Shown in pieces: positions 29,341-44,899 of a stretch of 64,000 nucleotides of DNA. The translations under genes and the position numbers were made by a program. Origin of the DNA: Octopus vulgaris (taxonomy: Eukaryota); contig OX597829.1 of the NCBI GenBank assembly GCA_951406725.2, positions 26,536,001 through 26,600,000 of the forward strand, read 5' to 3'. Positions within the stretch are counted from its first letter, which is position 1. Each line of letters begins with the position of its first letter. The notes beneath the pieces are model-generated. The model saw nothing but the letters and a program-made list of their open reading frames with translations. It did no database searches and was not told where the DNA came from.

Positions 29341-29571
29341 ATTTGGGGCAATGGTCCTCATTGATCTGGTGGGTTTCTCATCGTTGATTATGCCCAGACA
29401 TGCTGGGCAAACTTGACTTCTCTAACAATGTCTGACCGTCGAAAATCACCAAGAGACTCACATTTCCACCAGAGGTCAGGAGCTCTTTACTGACCTTAAA
29501 TACGAAGGGCCTGGCGACATTTAAGTGTGTGCGTATGTGTGTGTGAGAGAGAGGGGGCAAAGAGAGCGTCA

Positions 29572-29642
<71 letters not shown>

Positions 29643-29651
29643 TGAGTGTGC

Positions 29652-29722
<71 letters not shown>

Positions 29723-30410
29723 TAATAAATATTAGGGTAGGAAAAATATTTTAGCAGCTTTTTACTACCATAAAAACAACCGTACCTGGATTTGTGCCTC
29801 GGAAGGGAACTTTCTTGGTGAAATCCCATGGTCATTACCCTTTATATATGTATATATATATATATTATCGTTTTTTATCTTTACTTGTTTCAGTCATTAG
29901 ACTGCGGCCGTGCTGGAGCACCGCCTTGAATTTTTAGATCCCAGTACTTACTTCTTTTGAAGCCTTGTACTTACTCTACCGGCTTCTTCTACCGATCCGC
30001 TAAGTTACGGGGACGTAAACACACCAACACTGGTTGTCAAGTGGTGATGGAGGATCAAACACAGATACAAACAAAGTTATATATATATATATACGACGGA
30101 CTTCTCTCAGTTTCCCTCAACCAAATCCACTCACAAGGCTTCGGTCGGCCCGAGACTATAGTAGAAAACACTTGGCCTAGGTGCTACGCAATTGGGCTGA
30201 ACCCGGAACCACGGGGTCGAGAAGTAAGCCATGTGTGTGTGTGTGTGTGTGTGTTACAGATTAGAAAGTAAATTTCGACAGTTGGGTATTTACTATAAAA
30301 TACCCAATCTTTTTCGGGTGTTTTTACAGCTATACTGCGTTTGAAATTTACTTTCTTGTCTGTAAAATAGCGACACACTCGACCATTTCGAAGTTTATAT
30401 ATATATATAC

Positions 30411-30955
<545 letters not shown>

Positions 30956-31649
30956 TATATCGAGGTCCCTTACCATTCTTGTCTACCAAATTCATTCACA
31001 AAGCATTGTTCGTCCTGGAGCTATAGTAGACACTTGCCCAACGTACAGCGCCGAGCGATTGAACCCAATACAACATGATTGCAAAACGGGCTTCTTAACC
31101 ACATAACCATGCTTGCGCCTGTATATATCTGTGTGTGTGTGTGTGTGTGAGTATGTGTGTGTGTGTGTATATGTGTCTATGTGCGTGTGTGTGTGTTTGT
31201 GTGTATGCGCGCGCATGCGTTTGCGAGTGTTTTTGTGTCCTGGCCTCTGGTGGGAATGCACAATGAAAGGAAACGAGAGGGAGGAATTTACGTGTATGTA
31301 TTAAGATAGCACAAATTAACGTTGTTATCTTCCGGTCTATCGCATGTGTTTATCTTAGATACGACTTAGAACAGAGGTTCTACAGCACCACCTATATATA
31401 GAAAAGAGGTTGGGGAAAGATTATAGGAGAGAATATATGTATAAATATTTATTTAAATCTTATTAAATTAATGTGCTTGTGTGTGTACATGTAAATGCAT
31501 AAATATATATATATATGTGTGTATATATAAGTATATATATATATATACATATATATGATATACATATATATGTATATCATATATGTGTATATGTGTATAT
31601 GTGTATGTATATATATGTGTGTGTGTATGTGTGTGTTTATGTATGCATG

Positions 31650-31686
<37 letters not shown>

Positions 31687-31792
31687 GCACGTTAATTTAA
31701 TATATTTTGTATATATACAAAATGAAGAATTATGAGTTCTCTTATCGTTATCATATATATATAATTATTTTTCTTCTTTTTCTTCTTCTTGC

Positions 31793-31852
<60 letters not shown>

Positions 31853-32828
31853 CATTATTATTATTATTATTAAACACCAGGAATGGTTATGTAGCCAATA
31901 TTCACGCTGGAAGGTCATGTATGTATAACTATGGGATAATATTTATGATAATTAACACATTGAGAACTGTGAATTTGCCGTGTGTGTATTATCGAGTATA
32001 TAAATATTATTTAAACTCTGAGTTTTAATACATATCTAAAATGAAAAAAAGACCATGGGTGGGTAGTCAGTTTGTTGTATATATGTGTGTGTGTGTGTGT
32101 GTTTAGAAACCCTGTGGGAAAAATTGGGATCATGAATTAGTTTGGGTTTAGATTTATGTTAAGGAAACAGGAAAGACGACTCTATGAGGAGTTTAGCTTT
32201 GTACATGCCTACATGTCTATACACATGTATAAGTGTGTAAATAAGTTACCTGATATACACTTATATTTACATACAAATATACATAATATACATACATATA
32301 TTTATATATCTGTGAGTGAGAGTGTGTGTTCGTGTGTGTGTGTATATGTGTTTGTGCATGTGTGTTTGTATGCGTTTATATATGATTATGTAAATATTTA
32401 AGTATGTTTCTGAATGTGGCTGCGTAATTAGTAAGTCGCTTCCAACAACACTGTTCTGAGTTCAGTCCCACTGCATGGCATCTTCGGTATCTTTTAATAT
32501 AGCGCCAGGCCGTGGGTGGATTTGTTCGACTGAAAGAAGCATATCGTATCTCGTTATTCCGCCATTGTTGTGTTGTCTGAATAACATGTACACTGATCAT
32601 ATCGAAATTAAATGAATATATATATATACAAAATGAGAAAATGGAGAAACATACCTAAATCAATCATCAACCATCAGATAATACCCAATCAATACTTTAT
32701 TAAACCATTACACAACAAATATAACTAGACATGGAAATAGAAATAGAAAATATATATGTGTGTGTGTGTGTGTGTGTGTATGTATTATGTATGTATTTAT
32801 GTATGTACCTGTATGAATGTATGTATAT

Positions 32829-32898
<70 letters not shown>

Positions 32899-33202
32899 TT
32901 ACATATATACATGCTTACATATATATACGTATATGTATACGCACATGCGCACACACACACAACACACACACACACGCACACACCAACATTTTGTAGGGCA
33001 AACGAATAAAATCGTATTTAATAGAGTCTACATATCTGATTTTTAATACTTTACTCGGACGATATCTGTTCAAAGGACGAGATTTTCGTCTGAGTCATTT
33101 AACACAAAAAGAATGAAGGAAACCATTGCCAATTGACTCACCTTCTTAAATTGATAACGTTTTAATATATTAGTCAATAATCATATATGGATATGTGCAT
33201 AA

Positions 33203-33640
33203 ATATTGAGTTTTGGGGCTAAATTTGACAGTTTACGTAAAGGGAAAGCAAAACGCAATAAGCAATCAAAAATAAATGTATTTTTTTAAAAAATCGAAAA
33301 AATAATCAACTAGATTATGGCTGGGAGATAACAGCTTACTCATGTAGACATCTTCACCTTTCAGCACGGCTTCAATGCGGCTCCGGAATCTGGCTAATGC
33401 GTTCCTCACTAGGTCCCCCGGGAATGTCCCTCAGATCTTCGAACACCCATTTGATATTGGCCACGAGGTCGGCTTTGGTGTAGTAAGCAGAGCAGTTGGT
33501 GTCTTTTTTTCAACTGCACGATACACATTTTCGACAATCGCTGTTGACTCTTTCTGGAGGCATGGCAGGGATCCAAATCCTGGTATCACACATGTGGCCT
33601 TCTAGCAGCAGCCCTCTCCAGCCAGTTATTAATTACAGTG
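33203..33640 (-). mobile_element. 3' fragment of a maT/DD37D-like element (same family as 20180-20871)
   Basis: gggctaaatttgacagt mirrors the TIR at 20846-20863. The minus strand carries C-terminal remnants resembling 20590-20770 (gaaaaaaagacaccaactgctctgc). Confidence 0.65.
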
Positions 33641-33734
33641 CATTGAGCAGTAATCGTCATATCGGCATTTTGATGTGCACGTGCACGTGCGCGTGTATGA
33701 GTGTGTATTAATAATTATATATTCATATACATGA

Positions 33735-34116
33735 CTAGCAGTATCGCCCGGCGTTGCTCGGGTTTGTAAGGGAAATAACTATAAGCATTTTTAGAGAGTT
33801 ATAGCCAAAAAATAGCAAAAAAATGGGAAAAAATTATGGTAAATTTTTTTTTAGAGTTAAAAAGGTCGAGTTGCGTCCCCTAGACAGTCTGTGGTTTGTG
33901 TTTCTGATTGTCGACCCCATGTCGAATTTATCGATGTTTTTTTCAACTGGGGGAACTTTTCAAAATTTTCGCTGCGTTAGTTTTGAATTATGACATTGGG
34001 CTATGTGTGTGTCAAGTTTCATCAGAATCGGTTGAAAGCCGTGGTCAGGGTGAGGGTACAACCTACCAGACACACAGACACGCAGACAGACAAACTGCCG
34101 TTTATATAGAGAGAGA
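33735..34116 (-). mobile_element. Complete non-autonomous Helitron (~380 bp)
   Basis: Minus strand: A|TCTCTCTCTATATAAAC...(gtct)n...ccgattctgatgaaacttg...CCCGAGCAACGCCGGG hairpin, cgatactg, CTAG|T. Shows the 5' TC, subterminal hairpin, 3' CTAG and insertion between A and T without a TSD. Confidence 0.88.
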
Positions 34117-34455
34117 TATATGATATTAATGTGTGTGTGTGTGTTTGCGCGCGCACGCGCGTATCAGTGGCGATTCAAAATTTGAATATGTGAACAAGTG
34201 GATGAACACTAAATACGCTTCCATGAATTACAGGGCTTTGTATGATATGAAATGCATGGCATTCGCTCCGGAAATATATTGGTATTGGATTGCCTTTCCC
34301 TCAGTTTAAATTATTTATTCAGTTTGTAAGGATTCTGACATACCTATATGATATACCTTTGATTGGCGAAGTGCTCCTTAAATTGTTATACCCCATCGAA
34401 TGTTATATCTGAATGTGTGTGTGTGTACCCACACATAAATATACATATATTCGCA

Positions 34456-34536
<81 letters not shown>

Positions 34537-34857
34537 ACATTTCTATATATGCATGCGCAACAGGCCAGCAACTACATGTCGGTACATATGTATACAAATA
34601 TTTCATACACATGAGATAAGGAAAAGATATATATACAATATACAGGATATATAATTTCACTAAAATACAATTTAATATGTTGACAACGATGTTCAGCTGT
34701 GAATACGAAGAAAACACACGTATGTCTGTGCGTAAGTTTGTATGTGTGCGTATCTGTGTGTGTGTGTGTGTGTGTGTATAAACACATACAAATATGTATG
34801 TGTTTCTATATATATATATATATATATATACGTACACGCACTCTCATATATAGCCAT

Positions 34858-34979
<122 letters not shown>

Positions 34980-34981
34980 GA

Positions 34982-35388
34982 GGCGGCGAGCTGGCAGAAA
35001 CGTTAGCACGCCGGGCGAAATGCTTAGCGGTCTGCCGCTATGTTCTGAGTTCAAATTCCTCCGAGGTCGACTTTGCCTTTCATCCTTTCGGGGTCGATTA
35101 GCTAAGTACCAGTTACGCACTGGGGTCGATTTAGTCGACTTAATCCGTTTGTCTGTCCTTGTTTGTCCTCTCTGTGTTTAGCCCCTCGTGGGTAGTAAAG
35201 AAATAGGCATTTCGTCTGCCGTTACGTTCTGAATTCAAATTCTGCCGAGGTCGACTTTGCCTTTCATCCTTTCGGGGTCGATAAATTAAGTACCTGTGAC
35301 GCACTGGGATCGATGTAATCGACTTAATCCGTTTGTCTCTCCTTGTTTGTCCCCTCTATATTTAGCCCCTTGTGGGCAATAAAGAAAT

Positions 35389-35390
<2 letters not shown>
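34982..35390 (+). mobile_element. SINE family B head-to-tail dimer inside a (GATA)n tract
   Basis: First unit 34982-35205. The second, 5'-truncated unit 35206-35390 repeats tttcgtctgccg..gttctga.ttcaaatt..gccgaggtcgactttgcctttcatcc. Confidence 0.9.
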
Positions 35391-35478
<88 letters not shown>

Positions 35479-35921
35479 TGTAGGTAGGTAGATAGATGTG
35501 TATATTTTCATATGTAAATATACCTTTTATATTTTACTTGTCAATCATATGACCAAGAGCGTTTTGAAGAGATTTTAGTCGAATGATTCGACCCCAGTAC
35601 TTTTTTTTCTTCTATGTCTGGTACTTATTCGCTATGTCACGGGGATATAAGCGCACCATCACTGGCTGTCAAGCAGTGGTGGGTGACAAACATCACACAA
35701 AAAAAAGAACACACACACACACATGAGGGGATTCTCTTATTTTCCGCATATCAAAATCAGAGACTATAGTAAAAGACAAGATACTTGCTCATGGTTCTAC
35801 TCTTTGAAACTGAACCCGGAACTACATGCTTGGGAAGCAACCTCCTTACCACACATAAATACATGCACACATACGTATATCTATCTATTTATCTGGCTAG
35901 CTATGTGTGTGTGAGAGAGGG

Positions 35922-35966
<45 letters not shown>

Positions 35967-36590
35967 GAACACAAATGGGTTAAGATTCACAGAAAACTTG
36001 AAATATTTCACGAATTTGTTTATATGTATACGTATGTAAAGGTGTATATGGTATATACCCGTATGTGCTAAGCTCGACCCTTACCTGATATCCTGAATGT
36101 TAAATACCTTTATTAAAATGAATCTATACCTGTAAGGATAAGAAAAGGTAAAGATACCTTCTCGAGTCCTGTCGATTCATAAGGGCCGGTTTCCATGGCA
36201 TGTAAATTCCCCTCCTGGACAGGACACCAGTCCGTCACATGATTACTCATTTTTGCCAGCGGAGAAGTTTGGAGCATCGTGAAATGAAGTGTTTTGTTGA
36301 AGAACACAACGTATAGCCCTGTCTAAGAATCTTACGATCATGAGTCCAACACGCTAACCACTAAGCCACGTCCCTCCACTGAAGAGGCAAAGTTTCCTTA
36401 TCAAGTCATACAGACTCATAAGGACCGGTTTCCTGTTTTCCATGGCTTATATACTCCCCATAAAACACTTAGCTTTATAGATGACTCGTCATTAGAGTCT
36501 GACTAGTCATATATAAAACTAAGCGCTTTTTGGATGTGAAACCATTGGTCACTCTGTGACCGGCCATATATTCAACTGCATGTAAATATA

Positions 36591-37075
36591 TAGGTGGTCT
36601 GATCAATAAGTATCAGGACTGCTGCTATACTAACGAAGCTAAAGCATGCAGAGTAAAGCCGCTTGGTACATATTGACCTTGAACTCTGCGATGCATGTGT
36701 TCTAAGTTTTAATGTTCTCGCTCACTTCTACTGTCTACAGCAGTGCTTGGAATGAACGTGTGTAACGTGTGATCGTCGCGTTGACCATAACAGAGAGAGT
36801 TGAACAGAAAATTTGCGTCAAATTTTGCCAAAAGCTTGCTGATGCGTGCTCAGAGGCCTACGCAAAGTTTTCAAAACGTTTTCATCGTTCTGGACACAAT
36901 TAAGGAGATCTTGTGCATCTGAAACCCGAGTGTCTTTTTGGTCAGCTGAAAGAAGTTTTAGCACAAACTTGGCAGACACGCGTCTCATACTCAAATCTTC
37001 AGTAATAATGGACTGAACTGAACAGTAACTAATCTGCACATAACTCACGGATGGTGATTCGACGATAGTAGTCTC
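36591..37075. mobile_element. Rearranged mariner fragment: 5' end on + strand, adjoining transposase segment inverted
   Basis: + strand TIR-like ggtggtctgatcaataagtatcaggact and TERVEQKICVKFCQKL (~36790-36838). The minus strand at 36870-37075 encodes SVQSIITEDLSMRRVSAKFVLKLLSADQKDTRVSDAQDLL. Confidence 0.8.
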
Positions 37076-37178
37076 GCAATGCCTGTGCATGTACATATAT
37101 GTACTTCAGAATGTAAGATATGCATAGATATATAGATATATGCATGTATGTATCCACACACACACACATATGTGTGTG

Positions 37179-37218
<40 letters not shown>

Positions 37219-37432
37219 CGTGTATCAAAATGTATATCTATGACTATATATATTTACACGCAAATATGTGCATGTGTATATGTGTGTGTTTATATATGTA
37301 TATATATATATGTGTGTGTGTATGAATATGTGTGTGAAGGTGCATGGTTCAGTGGTTAGAGGATCAGGCGCACAATCATGAGGTAGTGAGTTCGATTCCC
37401 GAACCGGGAATATATATATATATGCATACATG

Positions 37433-37464
<32 letters not shown>

Positions 37465-38239
37465 TGTATGTATGTATGTATGTATGTATGTATGTATGTA
37501 TGTATGTATGTATGTATGTATGTATGTATGTATGGTGGTGGTGGTGGTGGTTGTCTACTCCTCTTGTGCAGAGTCTGACGACCCCTTGTACTTACATCTT
37601 AGATCAATCATGGCATCTGATGTGGCTTTTAAATCCAGACAGTGTATTGGAAAGACACCCACATAGATTGCATATCTGATTTGGACCACAAAGAACTGCA
37701 GTTAAGATCTGATCTTTGAGCATCTAAAAATGTCTTTGGAGGCCTCCGTTAGATTTGTAGATCTGGATCTTTTCGCTTTGACCGGCAGATTTTTTTAATA
37801 ATTTCTTTGTAACAAAAAAATTTTAAACTTCGTATACTGGTAGAATGTGTTTATAAAACATCTTTTTCTCTTGGCTTTCTTGAGAAAATTCTGTAGTATG
37901 TAAGATATTTGTTGTTTATTTTCTTGCATTTCATCAATTTCAACCAATCAATGACGTCTATTGATTGGTTTATTAGATTTATTAAAGCATTAATCAGTGA
38001 ATTTGCATTTAACTTCGATGACTGTTTGAATGGCGGACTTGAATCTTTGACATGCCTGCACTTAATGATCGTTATTGTTTTCGGAAGTCATCTGGACAAT
38101 GACTGCCTTCATTCAAGCTATAGGAACGTGAAGATGTCGATTAATCTTCCTTTCCACAACGCTCCAGATATAATAATCCTTAGTATTTATATCTGGCGAG
38201 TTTGCAGACAATGCTTTTGCTGTATTATAATATTGATTT

Positions 38240-38850
38240 CAAATTTTGGCATAAGACCAGCAAGTTTGGTGGAATGAGATAAGTCGATTACATCGAATGC
38301 AGTGCTCAACTGGTATTTATTTTATCGACCCCGAAAGGAGAAAAGGCAAAGCCGACCTCGGCATTTGAACTCAGAACTCAGAACGTCAAGGCGTGGCTGT
38401 GTGGTAAAAAGCTTGCTTCCCAACCACATGGTTCCGGGTTCAGTCCCACTGCGTAGCACCTTGGGCAAGTTTCTTCTACCATAGCCTCGAGCCGACCAAA
38501 GCCTTGTGGGTGGATTTGGTAGATGGAAACTGATTGAAGACCGTCGTATATGTATATGATTATGTGTGTCTGTGTTTTTCCCTCCCCCGGCCATCACTTG
38601 ACAACCGATGCTGGTGTGTTTACATCCCCGTAACTTAGCGGTTCGGCGAATGAGACTGGCAGAATAAGTACTAGGCTTACAAAGAATAAGTCCTGGGGGT
38701 CGATTTGTTCGACTAAAACCCTTTAAGGCGGTGCTCCACCATGGCCACAGTCAAATGACTGAAACAAGTAAAAGCGTAAAAGAATCAGCCGAAATGCCGC
38801 TAAGCATTTTGCCCAGCGTGTTAACGATTCTGCTAGCTCGCCGCCGTCAT
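38240..38850. mobile_element. Nested SINEs: family A (+, 38389-38783) inserted into family B (-, 38240-38388 and 38784-38850)
   Basis: The family B head (rc of ctgctagctcgccgcc) lies right of the family A copy and its body (rc of tttatcgaccccgaaagga.aaaaggcaaagccgacctcggc) lies left of it. Confidence 0.85.
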
Positions 38851-38869
38851 ATGGTATTTCATAATTAAA

Positions 38870-39080
38870 GATTGTCAGCTAATCTCGGGTTCCGTGCGCT
38901 TTTTAAGAAGGTGCTGAGTTTTGTTGGAACACGTAAGGCCTTCCGCTGGGCACTTCATCCATCAAAGGCTTTGCAACTGTCTCCAGAACATCTACGCATG
39001 TAGCAGCATTATTTCCGAGTCCTATGGGAAAATGTGAGTTGGCATGGCCTGATCTTCATTTCTCAGCATTCTTGAAAAAT
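38870..39080 (-). pseudogene. maT/DD37D-like transposase fragment
   Basis: Manual minus translation: NEDQAMPTHIFPIGLGNNAATCVDVLETVAKPLMDEVPSGRPYVFQQNSAPS*. Confidence 0.7.
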
Positions 39081-39427
39081 CTTTGATACAGTCGAAACAT
39101 TCCCGGCAGAGGCAACCAATTCCACACGAAATTTATGTACAAAATATTTTGCAAAACATGAAAAGTTGTCCATTTCTAATTCGCTCAGTCCCTTGTATTA
39201 TTTGACAACAATAACTGTATGCTCATTTCCTTTCTTGTGTTAACATTTATCAGCAATAGGGGATCAGAAAGATTTGGAGAGAGAGAGAGTTATAAAATGA
39301 TAATTAGGCGCCCTCAAATACCCCTTGCTTACTTAATATATAAAACGAATATGTATGTACGTAAATATACATGCATATATATATATATATACACGCATAT
39401 ATACATATGTCCATGCGTGTGTGTGCG

Positions 39428-39488
<61 letters not shown>

Positions 39489-39554
39489 AAAATATTTTCG
39501 TCGCTTTGAGAACGCGTCCTGTTCACTGACAAAACTTCGTGCTGCATCTCAAGT

Positions 39555-39605
39555 TTTGTCAGTGAACAGGTCGCGGTCTCAAAGCGACGAAAATATTTTG
39601 ACAAA
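39555..39605 (+). ncRNA. Minimal type I hammerhead with non-canonical G3-C8 core (family H4); mirror copy on - strand at 39486-39534
   Basis: TTTGTCA-GTGAACA-g-GTCGC ggtctcaaa GCGAC-GAA-AATATT-T-TGACAAA. 7-bp stem I, 5-bp stem II and palindromic stem III. Core GUGAACA equals CUGANGA with the 3-8 pair swapped. Confidence 0.72.
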
Positions 39606-39746
39606 TTAAATTGAAATGTTGAAGTGAATCTAATGGTTTTGTATGTTTCTTAAATAGCTTATAAAAACACCTTCCACGCTGCAATTGTTTTCGTTCCAGC
39701 ACACGATCTCAGATCAAGTCACTCGCTATGCAAGTACATCTCCGTA

Positions 39747-39815
<69 letters not shown>

Positions 39816-39938
39816 GTGCCTGCGTTTTTGCATCAGTGTATTCGCGTACACATATCTAAATTATATATATTTACAAAAGTACACATATGCCAGGAAACAT
39901 AAACATTGTGTGTGTATATATATATGTTTGTGTGTAGG

Positions 39939-40000
<62 letters not shown>

Positions 40001-40100
40001 TATATACGTACATGTTTAAATATATATGTTTATTTAGAACTGAAAAAATGTATTTATGTTTAATATGTGTATCTGTAAGTTTTATATATATATATATATA

Positions 40101-40551
<451 letters not shown>

Positions 40552-40967
40552 CATTTATATACACATGGTTGATCCATAAAGCTAAAGTATCTAGCGTCTA
40601 AATTCGGCGGTAAAATTGTCAGCGGACAGTTTAGTTTAATGATAAAGCAATCATCCGTAGTCTTTGAAGGATATGGGTTCTAGTTCCCATGGCTGGTTGT
40701 TAACACTTTTTTTTTTTCCAATTGTAAGGATAATTTACTTACTATTTCTGCTGTTCTAACGGCTACTCTGCGTTTGAAATATATCATCTTATTTGTATCA
40801 TATATGTATATATGTATGTATATATATATATATATATATACCGGAGTAAACACATAAATATGTGAAACAAGGTGGAAAAAAGAGTACTCAAAAACCAGTG
40901 GTAGAGTAATATGCTTTATTTAAAGCATCAGAAAATTCAACAAAACCTGTTACTCTGAGTTTCCCGT

Positions 40968-41014
<47 letters not shown>

Positions 41015-41258
41015 ATAAATAAAGGTATATATACATAATATAAATTCATATATATTATATATACACACGTATCTATGTTTCATATATATATATGTATATA
41101 CGCATATATACATGTACCGTTAATTCAAATAAACAAGTGAAATTAACGGAAAACGAGAGGACATACACAAAAACGCATTAGATTGACGCTCGATGAAAAA
41201 ACTAAGTTTAACGTTTCGAACTTAGTTCTTCGTCCAAAGAATCGCCAACAGCACACGC

Positions 41259-41352
<94 letters not shown>

Positions 41353-41359
41353 GTGTATG

Positions 41360-41391
<32 letters not shown>

Positions 41392-41636
41392 TGTATGTAT
41401 GTATGTATGTATATCTGCATATATTACATTTGTTACATGATGGTATGTAACCATGAAGTAAATTTGTGATTTCAATATTAGATATACGTTAATATCTCGA
41501 GAACGATTTCAACGTGAGTTATACAAAAATATATAAACTTATAACTTTATATACATATCTATATTATATATGTATATACCTATCAGTATATTTTTGTATG
41601 CCTGTCTGTATTTATGCCTTTCCCTCTGCCTGTCTA

Positions 41637-41696
<60 letters not shown>

Positions 41697-42084
41697 TATA
41701 TACATATATATTAAGTATTATATATTATATCATATATATATAATCACATATATTCACATATATACGCACATACATATATAAATGCATGTATGTACGTGTA
41801 TAGATTATATAGGCATATGCACTCACACACATATATATGTACGTATATATGTATATGTGCAGGTGAATGTGCTAATGCTACATATGTGTGTATATATGTT
41901 GATCTTACACACCTACATTATACGTGTATATGCTTGGGTGTGTAGTAAGAAGTTTGCTTCCAAACCACATGATTCTGGGTTCAATCCCATTAAGTGGCAT
42001 CTTGTGCAAGTGTCTTCTACTAAGGGTCCAAAACGACCGAAGCCATGTTAGTTGACTTGGTCGACGAAAATTGAAAGAGGCCCA

Positions 42085-42129
<45 letters not shown>

Positions 42130-42262
42130 CGCGCGTGTGTGTGTGTGTGTGTGTGAGTGTGTGCTTTTGTGCCTGAGGATGTCCCCCATGACTGCTTGAC
42201 AAACGGTGTTGGTTTCAATTCCACGGTAATAAGATGAATAGAATATGTATGTATGTATGTAT

Positions 42263-42303
<41 letters not shown>

Positions 42304-42336
42304 ACGTATATGCATGTATACATAATAAGCATGCAG

Positions 42337-42382
<46 letters not shown>

Positions 42383-42986
42383 CATATACTACATACATAT
42401 CTGCATGCTTATTATGTATACATGCATATACGTTATGTATGTACATATTTATGAATGTTTGTATGTATGCATGTATGTATGTATGTATGCATAAATGTAT
42501 GTATGTATGTCTATATGCATAAGCCCATCAGATCTTCAAAACCGAAACCTGGTATCCCAAATGCAACACAACCAACCACTTTCTACGCGAAGGCAAATAC
42601 TCAGACCTGCAGCATCTCCTTTTGGTACATCGGGGCGGAGCAGGAACTGAACAAGAGTATGGCTGAGAAAATGAGAGGGATGTTGAAGAAACATGGGGCA
42701 GGTGGATTCTTAGAAGCCCCTTAAAAGACCCCTAAAAATATTTTTCGGATATTTTGGGTATATGTATTAATGAGAATGTACCAGGCTAACAGCAACGATG
42801 CCTGCTTTGATGTTCAGCTAGTGCGTGTATGTGGGTACTTGTCTGAGGTGGGGAATGCGCGGGTATAAAATGCATTTGTGTTTGCGTGAATGTGTGTAGG
42901 TATGTTCGATGCAGTTTTCTCTGTATGTATGTAAGGAAATGAGTGAGTATTTGCAGATGAATATTTGCGCCTGTCTGTATGGGCAT

Positions 42987-43034
<48 letters not shown>

Positions 43035-43110
43035 GTACATGCATATCTGTGTGTGTATGTGTAAGTATACGTATGCATGTACATATGTATGTAGATACGT
43101 GTGTATATAG

Positions 43111-43162
<52 letters not shown>

Positions 43163-43248
43163 CAAACATGTATATATATATATATATGCACACAAACACA
43201 CACATATGTATATATATATTGTTATTGTTATTATTATTATTATTATTA

Positions 43249-43337
<89 letters not shown>

Positions 43338-43410
43338 CATCGTTATTTTTTATTGTCATTGTTATTTATGCATACATACACACATGTGTGTGTATGGACC
43401 TGCGTATGTG

Positions 43411-43450
<40 letters not shown>

Positions 43451-43451
43451 C

Positions 43452-43483
<32 letters not shown>

Positions 43484-43605
43484 CATATATGCATATATAC
43501 ATGCATACATACACGCATACATGCATACATACATACATACATACATACATACATACATACATACATACATACATACATACATACATACATACATACATAC
43601 ATACA

Positions 43606-43636
<31 letters not shown>

Positions 43637-43965
43637 TTACATATTTACATACATTGAGACTCAGAGAGGTATATAGACAGAAGATATGAATAGATAAACA
43701 AATACATATATAAGGAGACATATAGATTGATATGCAGATACACATATTCACATATAGAAACATAAAGATTGATGAATGGCGTGGATGGATAGGCGGCAGA
43801 TATGTCGGTAGATAAATTGATAGATTAATGTGTGTAGATATGGTGGCCCTGAGTGTAGGAATATATATATGTGCATGCGTGCATATGTGTGTATGTGTCT
43901 GTGTGTATTTGCGTGTGTGCGTGAGAAAGAGAGAGAGGGGGAGTGTGTGTGTGTGTGAGAGAGAG

Positions 43966-44012
<47 letters not shown>

Positions 44013-44057
44013 CTGTGTGAGTATGACTTAAATAGCGGTAGATGGTATGCATGTATA

Positions 44058-44093
<36 letters not shown>

Positions 44094-44227
44094 TGTATGT
44101 ATGTATGTATGTATGCATGTATGCATGTTTGTATATATATATATGTGTATGTGTGTGTGTGTGTGAGTGCATGCGTGTGTGTATGTATGTATGTATGTAT
44201 GTATATATGTATGCATGTATGTATGTG

Positions 44228-44265
<38 letters not shown>

Positions 44266-44308
44266 TGTATTCATTTATATTAACACATACACCGACGCCT
44301 ATATGTAC

Positions 44309-44365
<57 letters not shown>

Positions 44366-44738
44366 CGTGTGTAGATATATAGATAAACAGATTTTACATA
44401 GATATGTTTCTCAAACATACATATATCATACATACACTATACATATATCAACTGTATACGAGCGCGTGTATGTGTGTATGTTTGTGTGTGTGTTTGTGTG
44501 TGCGTATACATATAGGTATATGCAGGTTTGTATGTGCGCAACAGTGTATACAAATGTAAATATGTGCATCCCTGTACACACAGATACGCATATACATACA
44601 AAAAACAATATTATATGCATGCGTATATGTGTGTGCATATATATATATACATATATACATGTATATATGTATATATATATACATGTATATATATATACAT
44701 ATATATACATGTATATATATATACATATATATATATAT

Positions 44739-44899
<161 letters not shown>

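Noticed and set aside
33052-33095. Hairpin actcggacga...tcgtctgagt as a ribozyme
   Set aside because: It is a simple imperfect stem-loop with no catalytic core on either strand.
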